A stretch of 64,000 nt of DNA, from the NCBI RefSeq assembly GCF_009914755.1, contig NC_060926.1. One strand, written 5' to 3'. A program made the position numbers and the translations under genes. Position 1 is the first letter of the stretch. Each line of letters starts with the position of its first letter. The notes below the pieces were generated by a model, which had not been told where the DNA came from, made no database searches, and was given only the letters and a program-made list of their open reading frames with translations. This document shows, piece by piece, positions 11,701 to 26,200 of this stretch. The stretch is from the human T2T-CHM13v2.0 reference genome, Homo sapiens.

Positions 11701-14700
11701 TTCATTCCATTCCATTTCATTCCTTCCATTCCAATCCATTCCATTCCACTCGAGTTGATTCCATTCCTTTAAATTCCATTCCATTCTATTCCATTCAACT
11801 CCATTCCATTCCACTCGGGTTGATTCCATTCCTTTCATTCCATTTTATTCCATTCCATTCTATTGCAATCCATTTCCTTCCATTCCACTCGGTTTGATTC
11901 CACTCCATTCCATTCCATTCCATTCCATTCCATTCCTTTCCACTCCATTCTATTCCATTCCAATCGGGTTGATTCCATTCCATTTCATTCGTGTTGATTC
12001 CATTCCATTCCATTCCATTTTATTGCATTCCATTCCATTTCATTCCATTCCATTGCATTCCATTCCATTCCACTTGGGTTGATTCCATTCCATTGCATTC
12101 CCTTTCCTTCCTTTCCATTGCATTCCACTCGTGATGATAAAATTCCATTCCACTCCCTTCCATTCCGTTCCATTCCATTCCATTCAACTCGGTTTGATTC
12201 CATTCCATTCCATTCCATTTCCTTCTATTCCATTCCTTTCCACTCGGGTTGATTCCATACCATTCCACTACTTTCCATTCCATTCCATTCCATTCCATTC
12301 CATTCCACACAGGTAGATTCCATTCCATTCCATTCCATTCCATTCCATTCCATTCCATTCCAATCCATTCCATTCCAATCCATTCCATTCCATCCCATTC
12401 CATTCCATTCCATTCCATTCCATTCCATTCCATTCCATTCCATATCATTCCACTCGGGTTGATTCCATTCCATTCCATTTCATTCCATTCCATTCCGTTC
12501 TACTCAGGTTGATTAAATTCCATTCCATTCCATTCCATTCCAATAAATTCCATTCAATTCCATTCCATTCCACTCGTGTTGATGCAATTCCATTCCATTC
12601 CATTCCATTCCATTCCATTCCATTCCTTTCCTTTAAATTCCATTCAGGTTGATTCCATTCCATTCGAATCCATTCCATTGCACTCCATTCCATTCCCTTT
12701 CGTTCCACTCAGGTTGATTCCATTCCATTCCATTCCATTTCATTCCATTCCACTCGGGTTGTTTCCATTCCATTCCTTTCCCTTACATTCCTTTAAGTTT
12801 CATTCCATTCCATTCCATTCCACTCGGGTTGATTCCATTCCCTTCTATCCCATTTCATTCCATTCCATTCCATGCCATTCCATTCCTTTCCATTCCACTC
12901 GGTTTGATTCTATTCCATTCCATACCATTCCATTCCATTCCATTCCATTCCATTCCATTCCATTCCATTCCATTCCATTGCATTCCGTTCCGTTCCATTC
13001 CACACGGGTTGATTCCATTCCATTCCATTCAATTCCATTCCACTCCATTCCATTCTAATCTTGTTGATTCCATTCCATTCAATTCAATTCAATTCCTTTT
13101 CATTCCATTCTATCCTACTCTGTTTCATTGCGTTCCATTCCATTCTATTCCAATCCATTACATTACATTACATTCCACTCGGGTTGATTCCATTCCAATC
13201 CATTCCATTCCATTCCATTCCATTGCATTCCATTCCATTCCCATCGATTCCATTCCACTCATTTTGATACCATTCCAAAACATTAAATACGATTCCATTC
13301 CATTCCATTCCACTCGGGTTGATTACATTCCAATTCATTCCATTCCATTGCATTCCATTCCATTGCATACCATTCCATTCCATTCCATTCCATTCCAATC
13401 CATTCCATTCCATTCCATTCCATTCCACTCGGATTTTTTCAATTCAATTCCATTCAATTCCAATCCATTGTATTCCATTCTACACGGGTTGATTCCATTC
13501 AATTACATTCTATTCCGTTCCATTAAATTCCAAACCATTCCATTCGTGTTGATTGCATTCCATTCCATTCCATTCCATTCCATTCCATTCCATTCCATTC
13601 CATTGCATTCCATTCTTCTCCATTCCCTTCCATTCCATTCCATTCCATTTCATTACATTCCATTCCATTCGGGTCGATTCCTTTCCATTCCAATTCTTGC
13701 CATTGCTTTCCATTCCATTCCATTCCATTCCATTGCATTCCATTCTTCTCCATTCCCTTCCATTCCATTCCATTCCATTTCATTACATTCCATTCCATTC
13801 GGGTCGATTCCTTTCCATTCCAATTCTTGCCATTGCTTTCCATTCGATTCCATTCCATTCCATTCCATTCCATTCCATTCCATTCCACTCGGGTTGATTC
13901 CATTCCATTAAATTCCATTCCATTCCATTCCATTCCTTTCCCTTCCACTCCATTCCATTCCAATTTTGTTGATTCCATTCTATTGAATTCCATTCCATTC
14001 CATTCCATTCCATTGCATTCCATTCCATTGCAGTTGATTCCATTCCATTCCATTCTATTCCATTCCATTCCATTCCACTCAGGTTGATTTCATTCCTTTC
14101 CAATCCATTCCATTCTATTCCAGTCGTGTTGATTCCATTCCATTCCATTCTAATCCATTCCATTCCATTCCAATCCACTCAGATTTATTTCATTCCATTC
14201 CATTTCGTTCCATTCCATTCCATTCCATATCATTCCTTTCCACTAGGGTTGATTCCATTCCATTCCATTCCATTCCATTCCATTCCATTCCATTCCATTC
14301 CATTCCATTCCATTCCTTTTGATTCCAATCCTTTCCATTCTATTCCATTCCCTTCCATTCCATTCCATTGCATTCCAATCCATGTCATTTCGCTCGGATT
14401 GACTCCATTCCATTCCATTCCATTACATTCCTTTCCAATCCACTCGGGTTGATTCCATTCTGTTCCATTCCATTCCATTCCATTCCTTTCCATTCCACTA
14501 GGGTTGATTCCATTCCATTCCATTCAATTCCATTCCATTGCACTCGGGTTGATTCCATTCCATTCCATTCCATTCCATTCCATTCCACTCGGGTTGGTTC
14601 CAATCCATACAATTCCATTCCCTTCCATTCCAATCGGGTTGAATCCTTTCCATTCCATTCCATTCTATTCCATTCCATTCCATTCCATTCCATTCCATTG

Positions 14701-15802
14701 CATTCCATTCCACTTGGGTTCATTCCATTCCATTCCATTCCATTCCATTCCATTCCATTCCATTCCATTGCATTCCATTCCACTTGGGTTCATTCCATTC
14801 CATTCCATTCCATTCCATTCCCTTCCTTTCCATTCCGTTCCATTCCACTCGGGTTGATTTCTTTCCAGTCCATTTTATTCCATTCCATTCCAGTTGATTC
14901 CATTCCATTCCATTCCATTAAATTCCATTCTATTACTCTCGGGTTGATTTCATTCCATTCCATTCCATTCCATTCCATTCCATTCCATTCCATTCCATTC
15001 CACTCGGGTTGATTCCCTTCCCTTCGATTCCATTCCATTCCATTCCTTTCAATTCCATTCCTGTTGATTCCATTCCATTCCATTACATTCCTTTCCATTC
15101 CATTCCACTCCGTTTGACTCCATTCCATTCCATTTCATTCCATTCCGTTCTATTCCATTCCATTCCATTCCATTCCATTCCATTCCACTCGGGTTGATTC
15201 CATTTCATTACATTCCTTTCAATTCCATTCCATTACATTCCATTCCATTTCACTCGTGTTCATTCCATTCCATTCCATTCCATTCTACTCGGGTTGATTT
15301 CATTCCATTACATTTCATTCCATTCCATTCCAATCCAGTCCATTTCACTGAGAATGATACCATTCCATTCCAATCCCTTCCCTTCCATTCCATTCCATTC
15401 CAGTTGTTTTGATTCTATTCCATTCCATTCCATTCCATTCCACTCGTGTTGATTCCATTCCATTTCATTCCATTCCAGTTAATTCCATTACTTTCCTTTA
15501 CATTTCATTACATTCCACTGGTGTTAATTCTATTTCATTCCATTCCATTCCATTCCATACCATTCCATTCCTTTCAGTTCCCTTCCATTGCATTCCATTC
15601 CATTCCATTCCACTCGAGTTGATTCCTTTCCTTTCCATTCCATTCTAATCCATTCCATTCCATTCCAATCCATTCCATTCAATTCCAGTCCATTCCATTG
15701 CATTCAATTCCATTCCTTTCATTTCCACTTGGGATGTTTCCATTCCATTCCATTCCATTCCATTCCATTCCATTCCATTCCATTTCATTCCACTCAGTTT
15801 GA
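8760..15802 (-). repeat. Human satellite 3 (HSat3/SatIII), decamer-containing type; CATTC on + strand (GGAAT on -)
   Basis: (CATTC)n runs punctuated every few tens to hundreds of bp by CACTCGGGTTGATTC, the classical SatIII interspersed motif. Confidence 0.97.
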
Positions 15803-18800
15803 ATTGGAAAGGAATGGAATCATCACGAGTGGAATGCAATGGAATGCAATGGAATGGATTGGAATCGAATGGAATGAACCAGAGTGGAACGGAATGGAAT
15901 GGAATGGAATGGAATGGTATCAAATCAACCCGAGTAGAATGGAATGGAATGGAATCAAATGGAAAGGAATCAACCCCAGTGGAATAGAATGGAATGGAAT
16001 GGAATGGAATGGAATGGAATGGAATCAACCAGAGTGGAATTGTATGGAATGGAATGGAGTGGAATGGTATATAATGGAATGGAATGGAATGCAATAAACC
16101 CGAGAGGACTTTAATGGAAAGGAACGGAATGGAATGGAATAGAATGAAATGGAATCAACCCGAGTGGAATGCAATGCAATGCAAAGACATAGAATGGAAT
16201 GGAAAGAAATGAAATGGAATGGAATCAACCAGGGTGGAATGGAATGGAATCTAATGGAATGGAATGGAATGGAAAGGAATCAACACGAGTGGAATGGAAT
16301 TCAATGGAAAGGAATGGAATGGAAACAACCCGAGTGGAAAGGAATGGAGTGGAATGGAATGGAATGAAAAGGAATGGAATGGAATCAACGAGAGTGGAGT
16401 AGAATGGAATTGAAAAAAATGGAATGGAATCAACTGGAATGGAAGTTAATGTAATGTAATGTTATGTAATGTAATGGATTTGAATCAACACGAGTGGAAT
16501 GGAATTGAATGGAATGGAATGGAATGGAATCAACGCCAGTGGAATGGAATGGAATGGAATTCAATGGAATGGAATCAAAGCGAGTGGAGTGGAATGGAAT
16601 AGAATGTAATGGAAGGGAATGGAATCAACCCGAGTGGAATGGAATGGAATGGAATAGAATCAACGTGAGTGGAATACAATGGAATGCAATGTAATGTAAA
16701 GGAGTGGAATGGAGAGGAACGGAATGGAATGGAATCAACTGGAATGGCATGGAATGGAATGGAATGAAAAGGAATGGAATTGAATCAATCCGAGGGGAAT
16801 GAAATGGAATGAAATGGAGTTGAATGGAATGGAATGGAATGGAATGGATTGGAATAAACCCGAGTGGAATGGTATGAAATCGAATGTAAAGGAAAGGAAT
16901 GGAATGGAATGGAATGGAATGGAATGGAATGGAATGGAAAGGAATAAACCTGAATGGAATGGAATGGAATGGTATCAACCCTAGTGGAATGGAATGCAAT
17001 GGAATGGAATGGAATGGAATGGAATGGAATGGAATCAACACGAGTGGAAAGGCATGCTATGGAATGGAATCAACCCCAGTGAAATAAAATGGAATAGAAA
17101 GGAATGGAATGGAATCAACACAATTGGAATGGAATGGAATGGAAAGGAATGGAATAGAATCAATACGAATGGAATGGAATGGAATGGAATGGAATGGAAT
17201 GGAATGGAATAGAACGGAATGGAATAGAACGGAATGGAATGGAATAGAATCAATCTGAGTGGAATGGAATGGAATGGCCTGGAATGGAACGGAACTGAAT
17301 TGAATGGAATTAACCCGAGTGGAATTGAAGGGAATGGAATAGAATCAATCTGAATGGAATGGAATGGAATGGAATGGAATCAACTGAAATGGAATGGAAG
17401 GGAATCGAATGGAATTGAATTAAATGGAATGGAATGAATAGTAATGGAATGGAAACAACCAGAGTGGAAAGGTATGGAATGGAATGGAATGGAATCAATC
17501 CTAGTGGAATGGAATGGAATGGAATGGAATGGAATGGAATGGAATGGAATGGAATGAAATGGAATGAAATGGAATGCAATCAACCCGAGTGGAAAGTATT
17601 CGAATGGAATGGAGTGGAATGGAATGAAATGGAATGGAATCAATCTGAGTGGAATGGAATGGAATGGAATGGAATGGAATGGAATGGAATGGAACGGAGT
17701 TGAATGGAATGGAATGGAATCAACACGAGTGGAATGGAATGGAATGGAATGGAATGGAATGCAATGGAATGGAATCAACAGGAATGGAATGGAATGGAAT
17801 GGAAAGAAGCGGAATGGAACGGAATGGAATGGAATCAACCGGAGTTGAATGGAATGGAGTGGCATGGAATGGAATGGAATTGAATTGAATCAACCCGAGT
17901 GGAATGGAATGGAAGGGAATGGAAAGGAATGGCATCAACCCGAGTGGAAAAGAATAGAATGGAATGGAATCAATCCGAGTGGAATGGAATCAATGGAATG
18001 AAATGGAATGTTATGGAATTGTGTGGAATTAACACGAGTCGAATGGAATGGAATGGAATGGAAAGGAATAGAAGGGACTGGAATGAAATCAATCAGTGTG
18101 GAGTGGAATGGAATGGAATGGAAAGAAATGGAATGGAACCAACCCGAATGAAATGGAATGGAATGGAATGGAATGGAATGGAATCAACCCGAGTGGAATG
18201 AAATGGAAAAGAATGGATAGGAATGGAATTGAATCAACCCGAGAGGAATGGAATGGAATGGAATGGAATGGAATAGAATTGAATGGGATGGAATGGAATC
18301 AAAACGTGTGGAATGGAATGTAATTGTATGGAATTTAATGGAACGGAATGGAATGCAATGGAATGGTGTGAACCAGAATGGAATGGAATTGAATGAAATG
18401 GAAAGGAATGGAATCAACCCGAGTGGAATGGAATGAATGGAATGGAATTGAATGGAATGGAATGGAATCAACCAGAGTGGAATGGAATGGAATGGAATGG
18501 AATGGATTGGAATGGAATATACCGGAGTGGAATAGAATGGAATTTACCGAACGGAATGGAATGGAATGAAATGGAATGGAATCAAGCCGAGTGGAATGGA
18601 ATGGAATGGAATGGAAAGAATACAATGGAATGAAATGGAATGGAATCAACCCGAGTGGAATGGAATGGAATGGAATGGAATGGAATGGAATGGAATGGAA
18701 TCATCCCGAGGGGAATGGACTGGAATGGAATGGAAAGGAATGGAATCAACGCGAATGGAATGGAATGGAATAGAATGGAATGGAATGGAATGGAAAAAAC

Positions 18801-21800
18801 TGGAATGGTATGAAATGGAATGGAATGGAATGGAATCAACACGAGTAGAATGGTAAGGAATGGAATGGAATGAAATGGAATGGAATGGAATGGAATGGAA
18901 TGGAATGGAATCAAACCGAGTTGAATGGAATGGAATAGATTGGAATGGAATGGAAAGGATTAGAATCATCCCGAGTGGAATGAAATGGAATGGAATGGAA
19001 TGGAATGGAATCAACTGGAATGGAAGTTTATGGAATGGAATGCAACAGAATGGAACGGAAGGTAATCAAACCGATTGGGATGGTACGGAATGGTATGTAA
19101 TGCAATCCAATGGAATGGAAAAACGCGAGTGGAATGTAATGTAATGTAATGTAATGTAATGGAATGGAATGGAATGGAATCAACCCAAGTGAATGGAATG
19201 GAATGGAATGGAATGGAATGGAATGGAATGGAATAGAATGCAATCAACCCGAGTGGCATGGAGTAGAATGGAATGGCACGGAATGGATTGGAATGGAATG
19301 GAATGGAATCAACTGAAATGGAATGGAATGGTTTGGAATGGAACGGAATGGAATGGAATCAACACGAGGGGTATGGAATGGAATGGAATGGAAACAAATG
19401 GAATTGAATCAACTAGAATGCAATGGAATGGAATGGAATGGAATGGAATGGAATGGAATGGAATGGAATGAACCCGAGTGGAATGGAATGGAAAGGATTG
19501 GAATGGAATGAAATTAAGTCAACCCGAGAGGGACGGAATGAATTGGAATGGAATGGAACGAAATGGAACCGAATGCAATGGATTCAACCTGAGTGGAATG
19601 GAATGGAATGGATTGGAGTGGAATGGAATGGAATGGAATCAACCCGAGTGGAATGGAATGGAATGAAATGAGATGGAATGGAATGGAATGGAATGGAATG
19701 AACCCGAGTGGAATGGAATGGACTTGAATGGAATGTAATGGAATGGAATCGACACGAGTTTAATGGAATGGAATGGAAAGGAATGGAATGGAAAGGAATG
19801 GAATCAACCCGAGTGAAAAGGAATGGAATGGATTGGAATGGAATGAAATGGAATGGAATGGAATCAACCCTAGTGGAATGCAATGGAATGGAATGGAATG
19901 GAATGGAATGAAATGAAATCAAACCGAGTGGAATGGAATGGAACGGAATGGAATGGAGTGGAATGGAATGGAATGGAATGAAATGGAATGGAATGGAATG
20001 GAATCAACCCGAGTGGAACGGAATGGAATGGAGTGGAATGGAATGGAATGGAATGGAATGGAATGGAATCAAACCGAGTGGAATGGAATGGAATGGAATG
20101 GAATGGAATGGAATGGAATGGAATGGAATGGAATGGAGTTGAATGTAATGGAATCCATCCGAGTGGAATGGAATGAAATGGAATGGAATGCAATGAAATC
20201 GAATGGAATGGAGGGGAATGAAAAGGAATGGAACCAATACGAGTGGAAAGGAATGGAATAGAATGGAATGGAATGGAATAGAATTAACGCGAGTGGAATG
20301 GAACGCAATGGAATGGAATGGAAAGGAATGGAATCAACTGGAGTGGAATGCACTGGAATGGAAAGGAATGGAATTGAATGGAATATAATGGAATGGAATG
20401 GAATGGAATCAACCAGAGTGGAATGGAATGGAATGAAATGGAATGGAATAGAAACAACCCATGTGGAATGCAATGGAATGCAATGGAATGGAAATGAATC
20501 AACCCGAGTGGAATGTAATGTAATGTAATGGAATGGAATGGAATCAACTCGAGTGGAATGGAATGGAATGGAATGAAATGGAAAGGAATCAACTCTAGTG
20601 GAATAGAATGGAAAGCAATGGAATGGAATGGAATGGAATCAACGTGAGTGGAATGGAATTGAAAGGAATGGAATGCAATGGAATGGAATGGAATGGAATG
20701 GAAGGCAATGGAATGAAATGGAAAGAAATGGAATCAACACGAGTGTAATGGAAGGCAATGGAATGAAATGGAAAGAAATGGAATCAACACGAGTGTAATG
20801 GAATGCAATGGAACAGAGTAGAAACAACTCGAGTGGAATGGAATGGAATGGAATGGAATTCAATGGAATGGAACTGAATGGAATCAACCTGAGAGTAATG
20901 GCCTGGAATGGAAAGGAATGGAAAGGAAAGGAATCAAACCGATTGCAATGGAATGGAAATGAATGGATTGCAATAGAATTGAATCAACCCGAGTGGAATG
21001 GAATGGAATGAAATGGAATGGAATCAACCCGATTGGAATGGAAGGGAATGGAATGGAATGGAACAGAATGGAATCAACCCGAGTGGAATGGAAGGGAATG
21101 GAATGGAATGGAACAGAATGGAATCAACCCGAGTGGAATGGAATGGAATTGAATTGGATGGAATGGAATATAATGGAATGGAATGGAATGGAATCAACCC
21201 AAGTTGAACGGAATTGAATGGAATAGAATGGAACAGAATGGAATCGACCCGAGTGGAATGAAATGGAATGGAATCGAATAGAATGGAATGGAATGGAATG
21301 GAATGCAATGGAATCAACCCGTGTGAAATGGAATGGAATGGAATGGAATAGAATGGAATGGAATCAACCCAAGCGAAATGGAATGAAATGGAATGGAATG
21401 GAATGGAATGGAATCCAACCGAGTGGAATGGAATGGAATAGAATGGAATTGAATATAATGGAATCGAATGTAATCAACACGAGTGGAATAGAGTGGAATG
21501 GAATGGATTGGAATAGAATGGAATGGAATGGCATGGAATGGAATAGAATCAACCTGAGTGGAATGGAATGGAATGGAATGGAATGGAATGGAATGGAATG
21601 GAATGGAATGGAATGGAATCAACACGAATGGAATGGCATGGAATGGAATGGAATCAGCTGGAATAGAATGCAATGGACTGGAATGGAATGGAATGGAATG
21701 AAATGGAACGGAATGGAATGGAATCAACCCGAGTGGAATGGAATGGAATGGAATTGAGTTCAGTGGAATGGAATCAACCCGAGTGGAATGGAATGGAATA

Positions 21801-23270
21801 GAATGGAATGGAATGGAATGGAATGGAATGGAATGGAATGGAATCAACCTGATTGGAATGGAATGGAATGGAATGGAATGGAATCAACCCGAGTGGAATG
21901 GAAAGGAATTGAATGGAATGAAATGGAATGGAATGGAATAGAATTTAAAGGAATGAAATCAACTGGAATGTAATGGAATGGACTGGAATTGAGTGGAATC
22001 ATCACGACTGGAATGCAATAGAATGGAATGGAATGGAATGGAATGGAATTGAATGGAATCAACTGTAAAGGAATGGAATGGAATGCAATATAATGGAATG
22101 GCATGGAATGGAATGGAATGGAATTGAATGGAATCAACACGCATGGAATGGAAAGGAATGGATTGGCATTTAAGGGATTCAACTTGAATGGAATGGAATG
22201 GAATGGAATCAACCCGAGAGGAATGGAATGAAATTGAATGGAATTGAATGGAATTGAATCAACCTGTGTGGAATGGAATGGAAGGGAATGGAATCGTATG
22301 GAATGGAATATAATGCAGTGAATTGTAATCAACCCGAGTGGAATAGAGTGGAATGGAAAGGAATGAAATGGAATGGAATGGAATGGAATGGAATGGAATG
22401 GAATGGAATGGAATCAAACCTAGTGGAATGGAATGGAATGGAATGGAATGGAATGGAATGGAATGGAATGGAATCAACTGGAATGGAATGGAATGGAATG
22501 CAATGCAACTGAATGGAATGGGATGGAATCAACCCGAGTGGAATGGAATGGAATGGAATGCAGTGGAATGGAATGGAATGGAAAGGAATGGAATGGAATG
22601 GATTGGAATCAACCCGGGTGGAATGGAATGGAATGGAATGGATTAGAATGGAATGGAATGGAAGGGAAGGGAAAGGAATGGAATGGAATGGAATTAACCT
22701 GAGTGGAATGGAATGGAAGTGAATGGAATTGAGTCAACCCGAGTGGAATGGAATGGAATGGAATGGAATGGAATGGATTTGAATGAAATCAACCCAAGTG
22801 GAATGGAATGGAATGGAATCAACCCTAGTGGAATGGAATGGAATGGAATGGAATGGAAAGGAATCAACTGGAATGGAATCAAATGGAATGCAATGCCATT
22901 GAATGGAATGGAATGGAAGCAACAAGAGTGGAATGGAATGGAATGGAATAGAATGAATTGGAATTGAATTCAATCAACCCGAGTGGAATGGAATGGAATG
23001 GATTGGAATGGAATGGAATGGAATGGAATCAACATGAATGGAATGGAATGGAATGGAAGGGAATGCAATGGAATGGAATGGAATGGAATGGAATCAACCC
23101 GAGTGGAATGGAATGGAATGGAATATAATGGAGTGGAATCAATCAGAGTGGAATGGAATGGCATGGAATGGAATGGAATGGAATGGAATCAAGTAGAGTG
23201 GAATGGAATGGAATGGAATGAAATGGAATGGAATGGAATCAAATGGAATGCAGTTGAATTGAATTGGATG
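15803..23270 (+). repeat. HSat3, same decamer-containing type in the opposite orientation (GGAAT on +)
   Basis: (GGAAT)n with recurrent GAATCAACCCGAGTG, the reverse complement of the motif in the preceding block. Confidence 0.97.
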
Positions 23271-26200
23271 GAATGAAACGGACTCGAATCTAACAGAATG
23301 GAATAGAACGGACTCGAATGGAATGGAATGTAATTGAATATATTCAAATGGAGTGTAATGGAAGGGATAGTAATAGAATGGAAAAGAATGGAAAGGCAAG
23401 ACTGGAATGGAGTGGAATGGCATGGATTGGAATGGCATGGACTCGAATGGGATGTAATGGAATGGAACAGACTCGAATGGAAAGGACTGGAATGGACAAG
23501 AATGTAATGCAATGGAATGGAATGGACTCGAATGGGAAGGAATGTATAGAAATGGACTCGAGTGGAATGGAATGGAGTGGAAAGGAATGGCCTCGAATGG
23601 AACGGAAATGATTGGACCCAAAAGGAATGTAAATGAATGGAATGGAAGGGAATGGAATGGAATCAATGGGAATGCATTTGAATTGATTGGACCCGAACGC
23701 AATGGAAAGGAATGGAATGGAATGGAAATGTATGAAATGAAATATACTCTACTGGAATGGAGTGGAACAGAATGGACTCAAATGAATTGGAATGTATTTG
23801 AATGAAATGGAACGTAAAGGAGTCGAGTCGAGTGGAATGGAATGGAACTGAATTTGATGGACACGAATGAGATTGAATGCAGTGGAATGGTCTCGAGTGG
23901 AATGGAATGGAATGGAATAGACACGAATGGAATGGAATGTAATTGTATGCAATGGAATGGAATGAAATGGAATGTAATGGAATGGTAAGGAATGGAATAG
24001 AATGGAATGGATTCGAATTGAATGCAGTTGATGAGAATGGACCCGAAAGGAATGGAACGGAATGGAACGGAATGGAATGGACTGGAATGGAATGGAAAGG
24101 AATGGAATGGAGTGGAATGGAAAGGAACGGAATGGAGTGGAATGGAATGGAACGGAAGGGAAGGGAAAGGAATGGAAAGGAATGGAATCAACCCGAGTGG
24201 AATGGAATGGAAGTGAATGGAATTGAGTCAACCCGAGTGGAAAGGAATGGAATGGAATGGAATGGAATTGAATTGAATCAACCCGAGTGGAATGGAATGG
24301 AATGGAGTGGAATCAACCCTAGTGGAATGGAATGGAATGGAATGAAACGGAATCAACTGGAATGGAATCGAATGGAATGCAATGCAATTGAATGGAATGG
24401 AATGGAATCAACAAGAGTGGAATGGAATGGAATGGAATGGAATGGAATGGAATGGAATGGAATAAAATGAAATGGAATCGAATTCAATCAACCCGAGTGG
24501 AATTGAATGGAATGGATTGGAGTGGAATGGAATCAAGCAGAGTGGAATGGAATGGAATGGAATGGAATGGAATGGAATGGAATGGAATGGAATGGAATGG
24601 AATGCAATGGAATGGAAAGGAATGGAATGGAATGCAATGGAATGGAATGGATTGGAATCAACCCGAGTGGAATGGAATGGAATGGAATAGACACGAATGG
24701 AATGGAATGGAATTGAATGCAATGGAATGGAATGAAATGGAATGTAATGGAATGGTAAGGAATGGAATAGAACGGAATGGATTCGAATTGAATGCAGTTG
24801 ATGAGAATGGACCCGAAAGGAATGGAATGGAATGGAACGGAATGGAATGGACTGGAATGGAATGGAAAGGAATGGAATGGAGTTGAATGGAAAGGAATGG
24901 AATGGAGTGGAATGGAATGGAAAGGATTTGAATGGATTGCATTAGAATGGAAAGGAATGGAATGGGATGGAATGGAATGAAATGGAATCGAATCGAATGG
25001 AATGGAAAAAAATGAATTCAAATGAAATGGAATGGAAACGTATGGAATGGAATGCAATAGAAACCACCCAAGTGGAATAGAATGGAATTGATTGGAATGG
25101 AATCAAATGAAATGGAATGCAGTGGAATGAACTCGAATGGCTTACAGTGGAAAGGAACAAAATTGAATGGAATGGAATGGAATGCAATGGACTCGAATGG
25201 AAAGAGTTGAATGGATCCGAATGGAATGGAATAAAAAGGAATCGAATGGAGAGGAATGAACTGGAATAGAATGGAATGGAATCGACACGATTGGAATGGA
25301 ATATAATGGTCTGAAATATAATTGAAAGGAATGAAATGGAATGGAATGGAATGGATTGGAATGGAATGACATGGAATGGAATAGAATGGAAGGCAATGGA
25401 ATGGACTCAAATGAAATTAAATGGAATGGAGTCTAATGGAATAGAATGGACTCCAGTGGAATGGTTTGGTATTCAATGTACTCGAATGGAATGAAGAAGA
25501 ATGGATTCAAATGGACTGGAAAGGAATGGAATGAAACGGACTCGAATGGAATAGAATAGATTGGAAAGTACTTGAATGGAATAGAATGGAATGGATTCGA
25601 ATGGTATGGAATGGAAATAAGTCTCCACGAAATGAATGGAATAGAATAGAATGGAATGGAATGGAATGGACTGGAACGGAATTGAATGGAATGAAATCCA
25701 ATGGAATGGAATGGAAATGAATCGAGTGGAGCAGAATGGAATGGACTCGAATTGGATGGAATGGAATGTAGTGGACTCGAATGGAATGGAATGGACCTGA
25801 ATGGAATGGAATGGAATGCAATGGAAAGGAATGGAATGGAATGGACTCTAGTGGAATGGAATGGAAGGGAATCGAATGGGATGGAATGCAATGTAGTGGA
25901 CTCGAATTAAATGGAATGGAATGGACCTGAATGGAATGCAATGGAATGGAATGGACTCGTATGTAATGGAATGGAATGGAAAGGAAAGGAATGGACTCTA
26001 ATCAGTAGGAATGCAATGGAATGGATTCGAAAGGATAGGAATGGAATGGACCCGAATCGAATGGAATGGAATGAAATGGAATGGAATGGAATGGAAATGA
26101 ATGGAATGGAAAGGAATGGACTTGAGTGGAATGGAAAGGAATGGTCTCGAATGGAATGGATGTAATGGAATGGACTCAAATGGAATGGAGAGTAATGGAC

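Noticed and set aside
8760-23270. CRISPR-like regularly interspaced motif CACTCGGGTTGATTC
   Set aside because: The intervening sequences are satellite pentamers, not unique spacers. This is the classical SatIII decamer in primate DNA, and no cas genes are present.
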